Shown here one piece after another: positions 1 to 9,750 of a stretch of DNA of 64,000 nt. A program made the translations under genes and the position numbers. The notes beneath the pieces were generated by a model. The model searched no databases. It was not told the DNA's origin and worked only from the letters and a program-made list of their open reading frames with translations. Positions within the stretch are counted from its first letter, which is position 1, and each line of letters opens with the position of its first letter. Source of the stretch: Podarcis muralis (lineage: Eukaryota); the NCBI RefSeq assembly GCF_964188315.1, contig NC_135666.1, forward strand, positions 20,150,001 to 20,214,000, written 5' to 3'.

Positions 1-105
1 TGACCGTACGCCGTACTCCCTCGGCCAATAAAGCGAGAGGAACGCTGCAACCCCAGAGTCAGTCACGACTGGACCTAATGGTCAGGGGTCCCTTTACCTT
101 TACCT
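1..105 (+). mobile_element. Sauria SINE, 3' part (cut by window edge)
   Basis: CTCCCTCGGCCAATAAAGCGAG...ACCCCAGAGTC...GGACCTAATGGTCAGGGGTCCCTTTACCTTTACC matches the 3' end and (TTTACC)n tail of the full copy at 8679-9037. Confidence 0.9.
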
Positions 106-320
106 ACATTGATTATTGCCTTCATTTTATGGATCTATGGTCTCGTTAGACAGTAAAATCCGTGTTAAATTGCTGTTTTAGGGGGTCTTTTTCATCATCT
201 AGAACGGATCAATTCACTTTTCCATTACTTTCTATGGAAAAGTGCGCCTCTACTTATGTATGTTTCTAGTTATGACCGGACCTCCGGAACAGATTACGGT
301 CGTAAGTAGAGGTTCCACTG
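106..320. mobile_element. Tc1/mariner (pogo/Tigger-type) MITE, right part, interrupted by the Sauria SINE
   Basis: Ends ...GACCGGACCTCCGGAACAGATTACGGTCGTAAGTAGAGGTTCCACTG followed by TA (321-322). This is the same terminal style as the CAGTGGTACCTC MITEs elsewhere in the window. Confidence 0.7.
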
Positions 321-504
321 TATGTGTTGTGTTGAACTGGTACATCCTTTTCATTTAAACTGAATCTCCCACCATTCAGCTTCACTGGACGATTCTAGAT
401 TCTAATATTACGAGGCATTGAGAAAAACTTATCTTCTCCTCACCAGGTATATCTTTATACACTTCCATGTCTCACTCCTTAATGTTTCCCCCCGAAACAT
501 AACA

Positions 505-605
505 TCTGAGCTGTTACTCTCAGCCCCAACCCAACTTGTAAAATGGCGATAGTATCTTACACAGGTGTTATAGATGAGAGAATGGAAATAAAGTACTTTG
601 AACAA
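505..605 (+). mobile_element. degenerate MIR/CORE-like SINE fragment
   Basis: TCTCAGCCCC...TGTAAAATGGCGATAGTATCTTACACAGGTGTT resembles the CORE segment; heavily diverged. Confidence 0.4.
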
Positions 606-2295
606 TCCAGAAGGACCATATTACATACCTGGTATTGTGGGACAGTATTTAGGAATGTTACAAATAAGAGGTATATATATTCAGACAAAGCCAGTCATGG
701 CCATGAAGAACTCTGTGGCAAACCACAATTGACCTAGCCGTTGTTACATTATATGCTCCTAGATTTGGTTGGGGAGGTAGGTTCATCTGGAAATTGATTG
801 CTCTTTGCCTCACCTTTAAGGCCAAGGCAGCCAGAACCTGAGTAGACGTCAGGCAGTTCTTAGGACAGCCCAGTCCTACTGACACAGTAAACAACTTTAT
901 TCAAACATGTACTAAATCCACCTTGAGGACCTAAGACATAGAAAGCTGAGAAATAAATACCTGAAATAAGCAAGTACTATTATCAGTCCAAAGTAAGTTG
1001 TACCATTTAAATGTAACAACCAGTAGCCATTTTAGATTAATGAAGTGATTTGCATAGATCTCTTTATTTGCAAACTTCAAGAACACAACAGAGCAGAAGC
1101 AAAACTATACAATGTAATACTGACAGACCACTAAATAGTTCAGGACACTTTTATATGAAATTAATAGATTTATTTGTATTAGCTCAGATGACATTTCTGT
1201 ATTTGCCTAGACTAGACATGACAGCTCCTGAGGAGAAAAAAAAATCTTCCGTTTGAGAAGATTTTCTGACTCAAGTTCAGATTTCTAGCGCCAAATATTC
1301 ATGTTTAAGTCCACACATCTTGGAATTCAAATACTGAAACTGTCAAATGAGAGGGCAGTGCAGTGATTACATTTAGAGATTAAAAATGGCACATACCTCA
1401 GATATACCTACATTGGCGCACAAAGATAATACACCTTTATACTGTTAAGGGGGGAGGGGGAAAAGAAAAGGTAGTTGGATCAATGTATAGTTTAATAAGA
1501 GCCAAAGGCAGTGGAATAAAAAAGTAAGTCCTTTAAAAAAATTATACCATTTTTAAAAGGTGTACACTACTCCATTAAGACAGCAGCAGTACTTAATTTG
1601 GTGTTACAGCTAAGTAAAAATCACATTGCTGGAAATCAGTTTATCATAGTCTGTCCTCCTTAAGACTGGAGACAGGAAAAATATTACACAGGATTAGCAG
1701 GAAGACATGGTACCTATCTTTGAAAGGCATGAAATCAACATCATCTTCATGGAAGAGATTTGATATAGAAATAATTTCAATTGTCCATTTGTGGGAAAGG
1801 TTTAAGGGTTAACTTTCCCTGGCAATTCTGATCGGTAAACATTTGCAAGTCAAACAGGAACCTACTGCTGAGAAATCTCTATTATCCGGCATCTATTATC
1901 TCGCCTACCCAGTGATGGTTAATGTAGAGCAGTTCAAGTTATTCTTTATGTGTTAAAAGATTATAGTATAATCAGAACCACTCAATAATAAATCAAAGGC
2001 TTTCCTCCAGAACCTGAAAACACTGGGGTGACGATTTTAACGGAAATAATGAAAAATGAAAAGATACCTGGAATAGCATTATATCCCACGCACCTTTTGT
2101 TTTCTACGAGTCATGCATGCTGCAGATGAAATGGTTTGTGCTAAACAGCCTCAAATCTATTTTTCTAATATTAAGCACAAAGGAACAACACTGACAGCAA
2201 GCATGGTAAATAAATATCTCCCTTGAGAACAAGAGCAGCAGTCAGAAGGGCTGACATGCATGCTAGAGAAACCTCACACACCATTTTTTCCCTAC

Positions 2296-2311
2296 CTGCA
2301 CAAGTTGCCAT
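2296..2311 (-). CDS. ZEB1: candidate alternative ZEB1 start exon (exon 2348-2296) encoding MATCA plus 1 nt, phase 1
   Basis: Minus strand: CCTTCCTTTTGAAATCAACCAG acceptor, 53-nt exon ending ATG GCA ACT TGT GCA G, then GTAGGG donor. Same phase (1) as canonical exon 1. No transcript evidence available to me. Confidence 0.5.
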
Positions 2312-2617
2312 TTGCTGCAGCCGTCAAAATCCCTCTTCCCCCTCTTCCCTGGTTGATTTCAAAAGGAAGGTTTTCAGGCAGTCTCTCAAGGCATCTACTA
2401 ATATGCTTTACAAGTATAATATTCCAATTAAGCGTATCTTTAAGAGAAAATCCATTTTCTTCCTTGCTCAGGTAAACATGTTTACAGCTCCTGCCCGGAG
2501 ACTGGGTGGTTCAGACTCCCATGTCACACACATGTCGTCAGCAACAAGAAAAGCCCCCTTTCTCTATCATTAACATTTTAAATAAGGTAAGGAGAGAGGA
2601 GCACTTTGCAAACTTAC

Positions 2618-2662
2618 CTTTAATACTGCCTCAACATTAAACAGACCACACAAATGCGTGCT
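2618..2662 (-). other. ZEB1: candidate 45-nt alternative exon in ZEB1 intron 1
   Basis: Minus strand: branch-like GCTAAT, then TTCCTGTTTTAG acceptor, exon AGCACGCATTTGTGTGGTCTGTTTAATGTTGAGGCAGTATTAAAG, consensus donor GTAAGT. Confidence 0.6.
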
Positions 2663-3227
2663 CTAAAACAGGAAATTAGCATTACAATATCCCGTATATA
2701 TCCTGATACTTGCTATAAATAAACCCACCCCATACAGAGCAGGGAGCTACTAGTTCAGAACCACCCGATCAACTAGTTAGTCGATTAGAAGGCCAATGTT
2801 TATGTGCGTGTTTCACGTTAAGTATCAGAAGTCGTAGCGCCCTCTCACCCGGGGAAACCATAATTCCATCTCGGAGATATTAAAAAAAATAATAATCCTG
2901 TCCAAAACGTCATGATCTCGGACCAACCACTAGAACCCTTCCAATCCATAACCGTATACAGGAAATGCCAAACGAAAGCTTTAAAAAAAACTGCCAAGAA
3001 AGGTTACAAAACCTCCCGTTTTATACATCCTAAGAAGTCATCAGTTTTCCCGTTATTATTTTTTAATAGAATACATAAGAAGAAAAATCCAACAACATAA
3101 GTTTTGAGTATTTATTCCCCCACTTTTCAACGCAGGTTTCAACTCATTTCAAAGTAATACGTATGCATAAAAAAAAAGGGGGGGGGGGAGAGAGACAGCC
3201 CTTAAATCTGAAAAGTAAGCGTCATTC

Positions 3228-3235
3228 CTTATATA
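3228..3235 (-). promoter_or_regulatory. TATA box (TATATAAG) at the downstream edge of the CpG island; candidate internal ZEB1 promoter
   Basis: Exact TATAWAWR match on the ZEB1 sense strand, at the GC-rich to AT-rich transition. Confidence 0.45.
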
Positions 3236-4880
3236 GGCTGTAGCAGTTGTTCCTAGCCAGCGAAGAAAGGCGGGGAGGGGGCGCAGCGGACAAACCGTTA
3301 CCACCCATTATTATGATTATGATACAAACAGGTACCTCGAAATCCAAGAAGAGGGCGAGAAAGAGAAACTTGGCTGATTCACGTCCCCTCCCCAACCCAC
3401 ACAGAAAGAAAGCCTTCCTTTTGCTCTGTCTTTCTCTCCCCCCCCCTTCACCCCAATCACGTTGATAAAGGAGGGGAGAAGGGGGAAAAAAACACCCACC
3501 CAACCTCACAGAAACACTTCCAACACTTCTGCCAAGATCTGGAGGTTGGCGGGGGTGTGGGAGGAGAAACAATATGTTCAATGGCTACGGAGATAAATCA
3601 ACATGCACTGCAGGCACTAAAAGAGGCGGAGGCGAAAGTAGCGGGGGGGGGGAGAGAGAGAAGAGGGGGGAGCAATACATAGAAGGCAGGGGAGGAGGGG
3701 CAGAGAAAAGGAGGGGGTCCCTTTCCAGGGCAATCTCAGGGGTGCGCATGTGGTGCGTTTCCCTTGTAAAAAAAGGGGAAAAAAGAAAATCAATACACAC
3801 TGCAGCAAGCAACAGTGCTTCCCCTCGCCTCCCGCTTTCCCCCCGCTTCTTCCCCAGCCGGGGCCAAAACACGCCACACGCCAGAGAACGAAGTCCCCAT
3901 TACAGTCATCCTGCCCTCGACGTTTTTGTTGCGTGTCTGGCATGCAGGTAGTTCGGGAGTTACACGCAGTTTCCTCTGGATCTCTCTCCTCCCCCCCCCC
4001 ACCTCCAAAGTATGAGCCTTAGCGCACCATCCACCCCCCACCATCCCAAAACAACAACAACAAACTATGGGGGGATCGCGAAGACTGGAGGTGGGAGGCT
4101 GCGGGGGGGAAAGCGCCGCGCTTCCCTCGGGGACTTTCCCCAGCGCGAGGGGAGGAGAGAGAGGGGGGAAGTGACCCCCCTCCCTCCGCAATAGCAAAGC
4201 CCCCCCCCCCCGAAACAAAAAGTTTGGGGAGCGGAGTCGGAGGGGGCGCCCCTTCTCCTCGGAGGCCGGCGAGACCCGCCTCAGCTCAGGTAATAAGTTT
4301 CCAAGTTGAGGTGAGGGGGGGCCCGTTATAAGGTCGAAGGCGCGGCCTTCCTCTCTCTCCCCCCCCCCCCCAAAGAGAAGGGACCGGAGTGACTACGAAA
4401 ATAAGAAAGAAAGACGCCCCCCCCCGGCTCCGCTTCGCCCTCTCGCTCCTGAGGGAAAGAAGCCGGGGACGGGCGGCGGCCGGGCAAAATGAAGGGTGGG
4501 ACACGGGGGAAGAGAAAGAGGAGGCAGCGGGCGGCGTGTAACGGTCCCCGGGCAGGGCTGATCCTCGCCGGCGAAGGAGACTCGAGTGGAGGAGGCACCG
4601 CTAGGCGGAGAAGGAGGCAGCCCGGCGGCGGGGAGGGAGAGCGCGAGGCGGGGAGGGAGGCAGGCAGGCAGGTAGCGGATCTAACGGTGCAGGGCGAGCC
4701 GGGCTCCCGGCGAGGAGCGCCCGGGAAATTACTTTCTACTTCTCGGATCTGCTTCTGTCTGTCTTCTTTCTTCTTCTTCTTCCTCCCCCCCCCCCCGTTT
4801 TACTCCGCCCGACCCCCGGCCCGGTCCCCCCTGAGCGTCCCCGGCGCGGCGCGGGCCGTTGCCCGGCGGAGCTGACTGAC

Positions 4881-4938
4881 CGTTATTGCGCCTCGGGTTC
4901 GCCTGCTTCCTGCGCTTACACCTGGGGCCATCCGCCAT
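4881..4938 (-). CDS. ZEB1: Zinc finger E-box-binding homeobox 1, coding exon 1 (58 nt)
   Basis: ATG GCG GAT GGC CCC AGG TGT AAG CGC AGG AAG CAG GCG AAC CCG AGG CGC AAT AAC G = MADGPRCKRRKQANPRRNN, the conserved ZEB1/deltaEF1 N-terminus. Followed by a GTCAGT donor and preceded by the leader GCATTTAGACACAAGCGAGAGGATC that I recall from mammalian ZEB1. Confidence 0.97.
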
Positions 4939-5200
4939 GATCCTCTCGCTTGTGTCTAAATGCTCCAGTCACCTCCTCCCCCCTCCCTTCCCCCCTCCCC
5001 CTCGCCGCTCTCCCCCCCCCAACCCCCGCCCGGACCTGGTTTACGACACTGGGTGGTTGGGTGTATGTGTGTGTCTGTGTATGTGTGTGCGCGCGTGTGT
5101 GTATATGTCCTTTTTTTTTTTTTTTACTTTTTTACATCACCTTCCTACACCTAGTGCTCGGCCGCCGGAACCTTGTTGCCAGGGGAGACGGCCGCTTTAC
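4939..5200 (-). promoter_or_regulatory. ZEB1: ZEB1 5'UTR and proximal promoter with conserved blocks
   Basis: Minus strand blocks GGAGGAGGTGACTGGAGCATTTAGACACAAGCGAGAGGATC, AGTGTCGTAAACCAGGT, CTAGGTGTAGGAAGGTGATGT and GCAACAAGGTTCCGGC match the human ZEB1 promoter as I recall it. Includes an ETS core (CCGGAA 5165-5170) and an RFX-like half site (GTTGCCAGG 5175-5183). Confidence 0.75.
5076..5108. repeat. alternating purine-pyrimidine tract (TG/CG/TA)
   Basis: TGTGTATGTGTGTGCGCGCGTGTGTGTATATGT, 33 nt of uninterrupted alternation. Confidence 0.85.
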
Positions 5201-6138
5201 GGCAGCACGTTTGAACCGGCAGGAGGGAAAAGTTTCTTCTTCGCCCCGCTTGGGCGCGACGCAGGTACCCGTGTGTGGCGCACGGGGCGCGGAGGGGGCG
5301 CCAGGAGGAGGGCCGGGGAATGGGATCGCGAGAGGGAGGAGGAGGATTTGGGGTGAGAGAGAGAGGGAAAGTGCCTCTGGATGTGGGGTGTCTAAGGGGA
5401 GGGCCCAGAGGACGACACGGATAGAGAGCGAGAGCGGTGCCCTCCGGCGCAATGGAGCCGGGCGAGCGCGCGCGAGCCCCTAGTGCTGGAGCCGGGCGAG
5501 GAGGCGCCGCTAGCCGCGCTGTTGTTATTATTATTATTATCCTCATTATCACGGATTGCAAATTGTTGTCGCTTTATATCAGTACACGACACAAGCACAC
5601 GCGCATCCGTATCAGCCCAGAACGAACTAAAGGGAAGTAACGAAAAGGCTTGCAGAGAGATAGAGACGAGGGAGGTGAAGTGTGGATTTGTTGTTTACAC
5701 GGTGTTTTTGTGCGTGTGAAGTTTTCGTGTATGTGTGTGATAAGTTGTTGTGTCCTGGCTTTACCGGTAGAGCTTGGTAAAGCATCTTTAAGTTCGGGAG
5801 TGGGGGATATGCAGCTCGTCCATGTGTACACTTGCTGGTGGGTTGCTGAATTGTGGGGACACGCACCGTCGGCTTTACTGTCGGCACACGCCTTCCCAGG
5901 GCTTCTGTTTGAACTGTTAGCTCGCTGAATGTAGATTATTTACTTATTTATTTAGAGTTTTAGACGATTCATCATGCCCGCCCCTTCTGGGGGGAAAAGT
6001 GACAACAAGGCGATTTACAACAAAGTGAGAAGTAAGATGAAAAGAATACAGAAGGTTATAAAATAATGCATTCTTTAAAATTCACAACTCATAAAAATGC
6101 ACGGAATGGCCATTTATTAAGAGCTGCAATAGTAGCCG

Positions 6139-6352
6139 ATTGATTGATTGATTGCATTTGTAAAGCCCACCTTTTTTCTCCAAAGTGCTGAAGGTGGTGT
6201 ATGTAGTTCATCCTCTCATTTAATTACCACAACAGCCTTCTAAGGTGGGTTAGGCTGAGAGGCTGTGACTGGCCCGAGGTCACCCAGTGACCTTCATGGC
6301 TGAGTGGGAATTTGAATCTTGGTCTCCTAGGTCCTAGTCTGACACCCTCTCA
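6139..6352 (-). mobile_element. MIR/Ther1-derived squamate SINE (Squam3-like) with (CAAT)n tail
   Basis: Reverse complement has a tRNA-like B box (GATTCAAATTCC), CORE-like TCTCAGCCTAACCCACCTT...GTTGTGG, and an L2-type tail. Similar to 59868-60092. Confidence 0.7.
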
Positions 6353-6724
6353 TCTGATCAGGTCTCTCTTCCAAATACCCGCAGAAAAAATGTGTTTCTT
6401 TGCCAGCTACCTAAACTGGAGCCAGATGCAGTTCAGTAGAAGAGAGGAACTTGTGCATGCAAGGAGCCACCACTGAAAAGGCTCTTCCCCTTAAAAAAAT
6501 GTTAGTGGAAGTGAGGAGGAACCAGAGCTGCTTTGGTGAAAAGGAAGGAGAAAGCAGACACATGGGAACATCACGGGTTCTGAATGGCCAACCTGACTTG
6601 AGATTTGGTACAATTAGTTGACAATGAACAGGAAAATAACCATGAATTGCAATAGTGCTCAGTTGACCCATCAGATGATTGCCTCCTAACATGACTGGTC
6701 AAGTATCTTCAAATACTGGGTGGA

Positions 6725-6820
6725 CATCTCCAAATGTCCTATGCCCATTTATTTGGGAGCAAGTCCCATTGATGTAAGTGCAGCTTACTTCTGAGTAAGC
6801 ATGCATAGGCACAGGTTGCA
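6725..6820. repeat. short palindromic reptile interspersed repeat (old MITE-like)
   Basis: CCTATGC...AAGTCCCATTGA...CTTACTTCTGAGTAAGCATGCATAGG. Related degenerate copies near 8.0, 34.35, 37.4 and 60.1 kb. Confidence 0.55.
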
Positions 6821-6961
6821 AAATGGCCTTAGCCTATGGTTTTGAATAATTTCTTTATATATTTAAAATATTTATATACCACCCTTAAGCCAGCCTTGTA
6901 TTACAGAACAGTTAAATGCAAAAAATAAGAAACAATTGCAGTATGTTTAAAAAGTGCATTA

Positions 6962-7213
6962 CAGGCATACCTTGGGTTGAATGTGCTTTGGGTTGAGCGT
7001 GTTTGAGTTGCGCTCCGCGGCAACCCGGAAGTAACGGAGCGCGTTACTTCCGTGTTTCGCCGCTCGCACGTGCGCAGACGCTCAAAATGATGTCACGCGC
7101 ATACACGGAAGCGGCAAAACGTGACCCACGCACGCGCCGTTGCTTGTTACATTCACTTCAGGATGCGAACGGGGCTCCGGAATGGATCCCATTCGCATCC
7201 CGAGGTACCACTG
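6962..7213. mobile_element. Tc1/mariner (Tigger-type) MITE, CpG-rich
   Basis: TA|CAGGCATACCTTGGG ... CCCGAGGTACCACTG|TA: imperfect TIRs with TA target duplication. Confidence 0.8.
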
Positions 7214-8411
7214 TATGATGATAGTTATGAGGGGCTGTTCTGCATGCTTCCTTTCCACCTCACAGTGCAGCCTGTGCCATCTCACACCCAGTCATCAGTG
7301 GAATACAGAATCCTGAGTTGAATATGAGAGTAGCATTAATGTTGGGAAATATGCAACATGCACCTGTCTACGCAGTGTACTTTTTTGTAATTAATCTTTC
7401 ATCAGAAGCATACAAATGCTCTTCATACAAACAATGCCAAAAGAGAAAACAAAATACTAGATGCTTGTTCAATGTGCACACTGTCCATGAGGAAGAGACG
7501 ACTCCAAGCCACGTGTGCATCACACAACCTCACACAAAATGACAAAGATACCTTGGTAACAAGTTCTTCTCAAAGAGTTTTTTGGTGGGTAGGGGCTGTT
7601 ATTGGTCCCCCATGACAACTCGCAACCCTTTCAGCTTGGCATAACACTAATGATGTGTAATCTTTAAATTGGCTGCTACCAGCAAAAAAAATAATAATCT
7701 GATTTGATTTCTACAAAATAGTCTACACACAGCTTCCAGAAAAATGAAAAGCTGCACCATCCCAGGTCCCAGGTTATTAACTGCTCGACAACTGCTGACA
7801 TCTGCTGAAGGCTTCTGACCCAACAAGCATTCACAATAGGACAACTTTATCACACATGATTTGAAGCCCCTTGGAGTTGAACATGAGATGAAGGGACTGG
7901 TTGTTGCCTTCATGCCTGATTGCTGCGGGAAACCAAGCATTGGACTTCTGATCTAGAATAACAAGTGTCTTAAACAGATTGCTGCAGTTGAACACATACT
8001 TATGAGCTGAAGTGAATTGTCCCATTGAAGAAAAAAAGAAGACTTATTTCTGAGTAAGCCTGCATTGAACTGGGCTACAGGAGAATGAGGTTCAGTTCCT
8101 CAGGTGGATTATAACAGAGGAGTTGTACTGCTTAGAAAGCTGTGCATTAGAGCGCCGTTCCTCCTCCAGTTCTACAATACAGTTTCACCTGCTTGTCTAA
8201 TTGCTACCTCCGCCTCCTCCCTAGATTACTGGCAGGGATTTACTTGTCATGTACTTAAGCCTAGGTGTTACCATAGGATGATTTGCATAATTATTACCTT
8301 GCGGGACTTTTTAAAAAGGCTAGAAGGTAGATGCCAAGCATCAAGCAGCACCCGAGCACAAGAGCATTTCTGTGATTTCCAGCAACTGGTATTCAGAAGG
8401 ATACTGCCTCC

Positions 8412-8619
8412 CAGGGGCATGAGGCAAGGGGAGGCGAGCGCCTCAGGCGGCAGCAACCACCAAAACAACAGATCCTGATGTAGATCTTTATTCTCCCTCC
8501 TTGTTCCTGATGTGGATCTTCACTCACCTCTTCTTCCCTGGCAGGGGAGGCCATGATGTGGTTTGCCTCCGGTGTCAAATGTGGAGGCTGAGCACAGCCA
8601 TCGTGGGTAGCAGCCCCTG
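8412..8619. mobile_element. probable hAT-type MITE remnant
   Basis: Termini CAGGGGC ... GCCCCTG, but no matching 8-bp TSD seen. Confidence 0.4.
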
Positions 8620-8678
8620 GCAACCATGTCCTCCATGAATTTATCTAATCTTCTTTTAAAGCCAACCACATTGATGGA

Positions 8679-9037
8679 GGGATGCGGGTGGCGCTGTGGG
8701 TTAAACCACAGAGCCTAGGACTTGCCAATCAGAAGGTCGGCGGTTTGAATCCCCGCAACGGGGTGAGCTCCCATTGCTCAGTCCCTGCTCCTGCCAGCCT
8801 AGCAGTTTGAAATCACGTCAAAGTGCAAGTAGATAAATAGGTACCGCTCCGGTGGGAAGGGAAACAGCGTTTCCGTGTGCTGCTCTGGTTTACCAGAAGC
8901 GGCTTAGTCATGCTGGCCACATGACCAGCTGTACGTCAGCTCCCTCGGCCAATAAAGCAAGATGAGCGCCACAACCCCAGAGTCGGCCACGACTGGACCT
9001 AATGGTAAGGGGTCCCTTTACCTTTACCTTTACCTTT
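8679..9037 (+). mobile_element. full-length Sauria SINE
   Basis: GGGATGCGGGTGGCGCTGTGGG head, B box GGTTTGAATCC, (TTTACC)n tail. TSD ACATTGATGGA (8668-8678) / ACATTGATAGA (9038-9048). Confidence 0.95.
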
Positions 9038-9049
9038 ACATTGATAGAA

Positions 9050-9331
9050 GGTTTGGGGCAGTCTGTATAAAAATGCGTAAGTGATGATAAACATAAAAAT
9101 ACATTATATTAAGGGAAACTGCTCTGCAAAAATGCGTATGTTAGGGGAAACTACATAGAGAAATGTGTATATTTGGATTAATTTGCACTAAATTGCTGAT
9201 AAATTTTCATGGTTTTTTTTTTTAAAAAAAACCCCAACAAAATGCTTGCGAACTGAAATGTGGAGAACTGAACCTGATTGGAAAAATGAGAAATTGAGAA
9301 AAACCAGAATTGGCAGAATCACCCATCACTA
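9050..9331. mobile_element. fragment of TAGGGATGGG-terminated non-autonomous DNA element
   Basis: Ends ...CACCCATCACTA; internal AAAAATGCGTAT/GGAGAACTG motifs shared with 41862-42060 and 43070-43460. Confidence 0.55.
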
Positions 9332-9334
9332 CTC

Positions 9335-9750
9335 AAGGACATGTATTGGAACTGGTGCTTTTTAACTTGTTCAGAAATAGAGTAGCCAAGTTTTCTGATG
9401 ACATCATATAATTCAGGGGGCTAAAAAGAAAGAAAAAGGGAAGAACAAAAGGATTCTGAAGACCTGCAAAATAATCTCTCCAAACTGGGTGAATGAGCAA
9501 TAAAATTCCAAATGTGCTTCAATGTACACATGTGTAAAGTGATGCATATTGGAGCAAAAAAGAAATTCACATTATATAGTGATGGGGTCTGATCTGGCAG
9601 TGAATGATCCAGGAAAGTTATCTTGGGGTCATGGTGAATAGCTCAGTGAAGACATTGACTAGTGTGAAACAGTTGTGAAAAATGAGGATTTTATTTTGGC
9701 AATCATTAGGAAAGGGAATGAAAACAAAACTTACATGATTATCATAATAC
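9335..9750 (+). mobile_element. CR1 LINE, degenerate RT fragment
   Basis: Broken translation resembling CR1 ORF2 (LELVLFNLF, VAKFSDD, SKLGE, CKVMHIGAK, LGVMVNSS). Confidence 0.8.

Larger units (their letters stand above)
1..4880 (-). other. ZEB1: ZEB1 intron 1 (5' portion; continues beyond window start)
   Basis: Begins at the GTCAGT donor directly after the 58 coding nt of exon 1. No exon-2-like sequence (VTNYN...) is seen in 1-4880. Confidence 0.9.
3250..5620. promoter_or_regulatory. CpG island over the ZEB1 promoter, exon 1 and proximal intron 1
   Basis: Very GC-rich with abundant CG dinucleotides, G/C runs and GC boxes, in contrast to the CpG-poor flanks. Limits estimated by eye. Confidence 0.9.

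Noticed and set aside
4729-4880. Continuation of the 69-aa ORF (GQSAPPGNGPRR...) after MADGPRCKRRKQANPRRNN
   Set aside because: This is read-through into intron 1 past the GTCAGT donor. ZEB1 similarity stops at the splice site.
3222-5928. Many overlapping 60-177 aa ORFs in the CpG island
   Set aside because: Low-complexity G/P/R-rich translations expected from GC-rich DNA with few stop codons. They overlap on both strands and resemble no protein I recognise.
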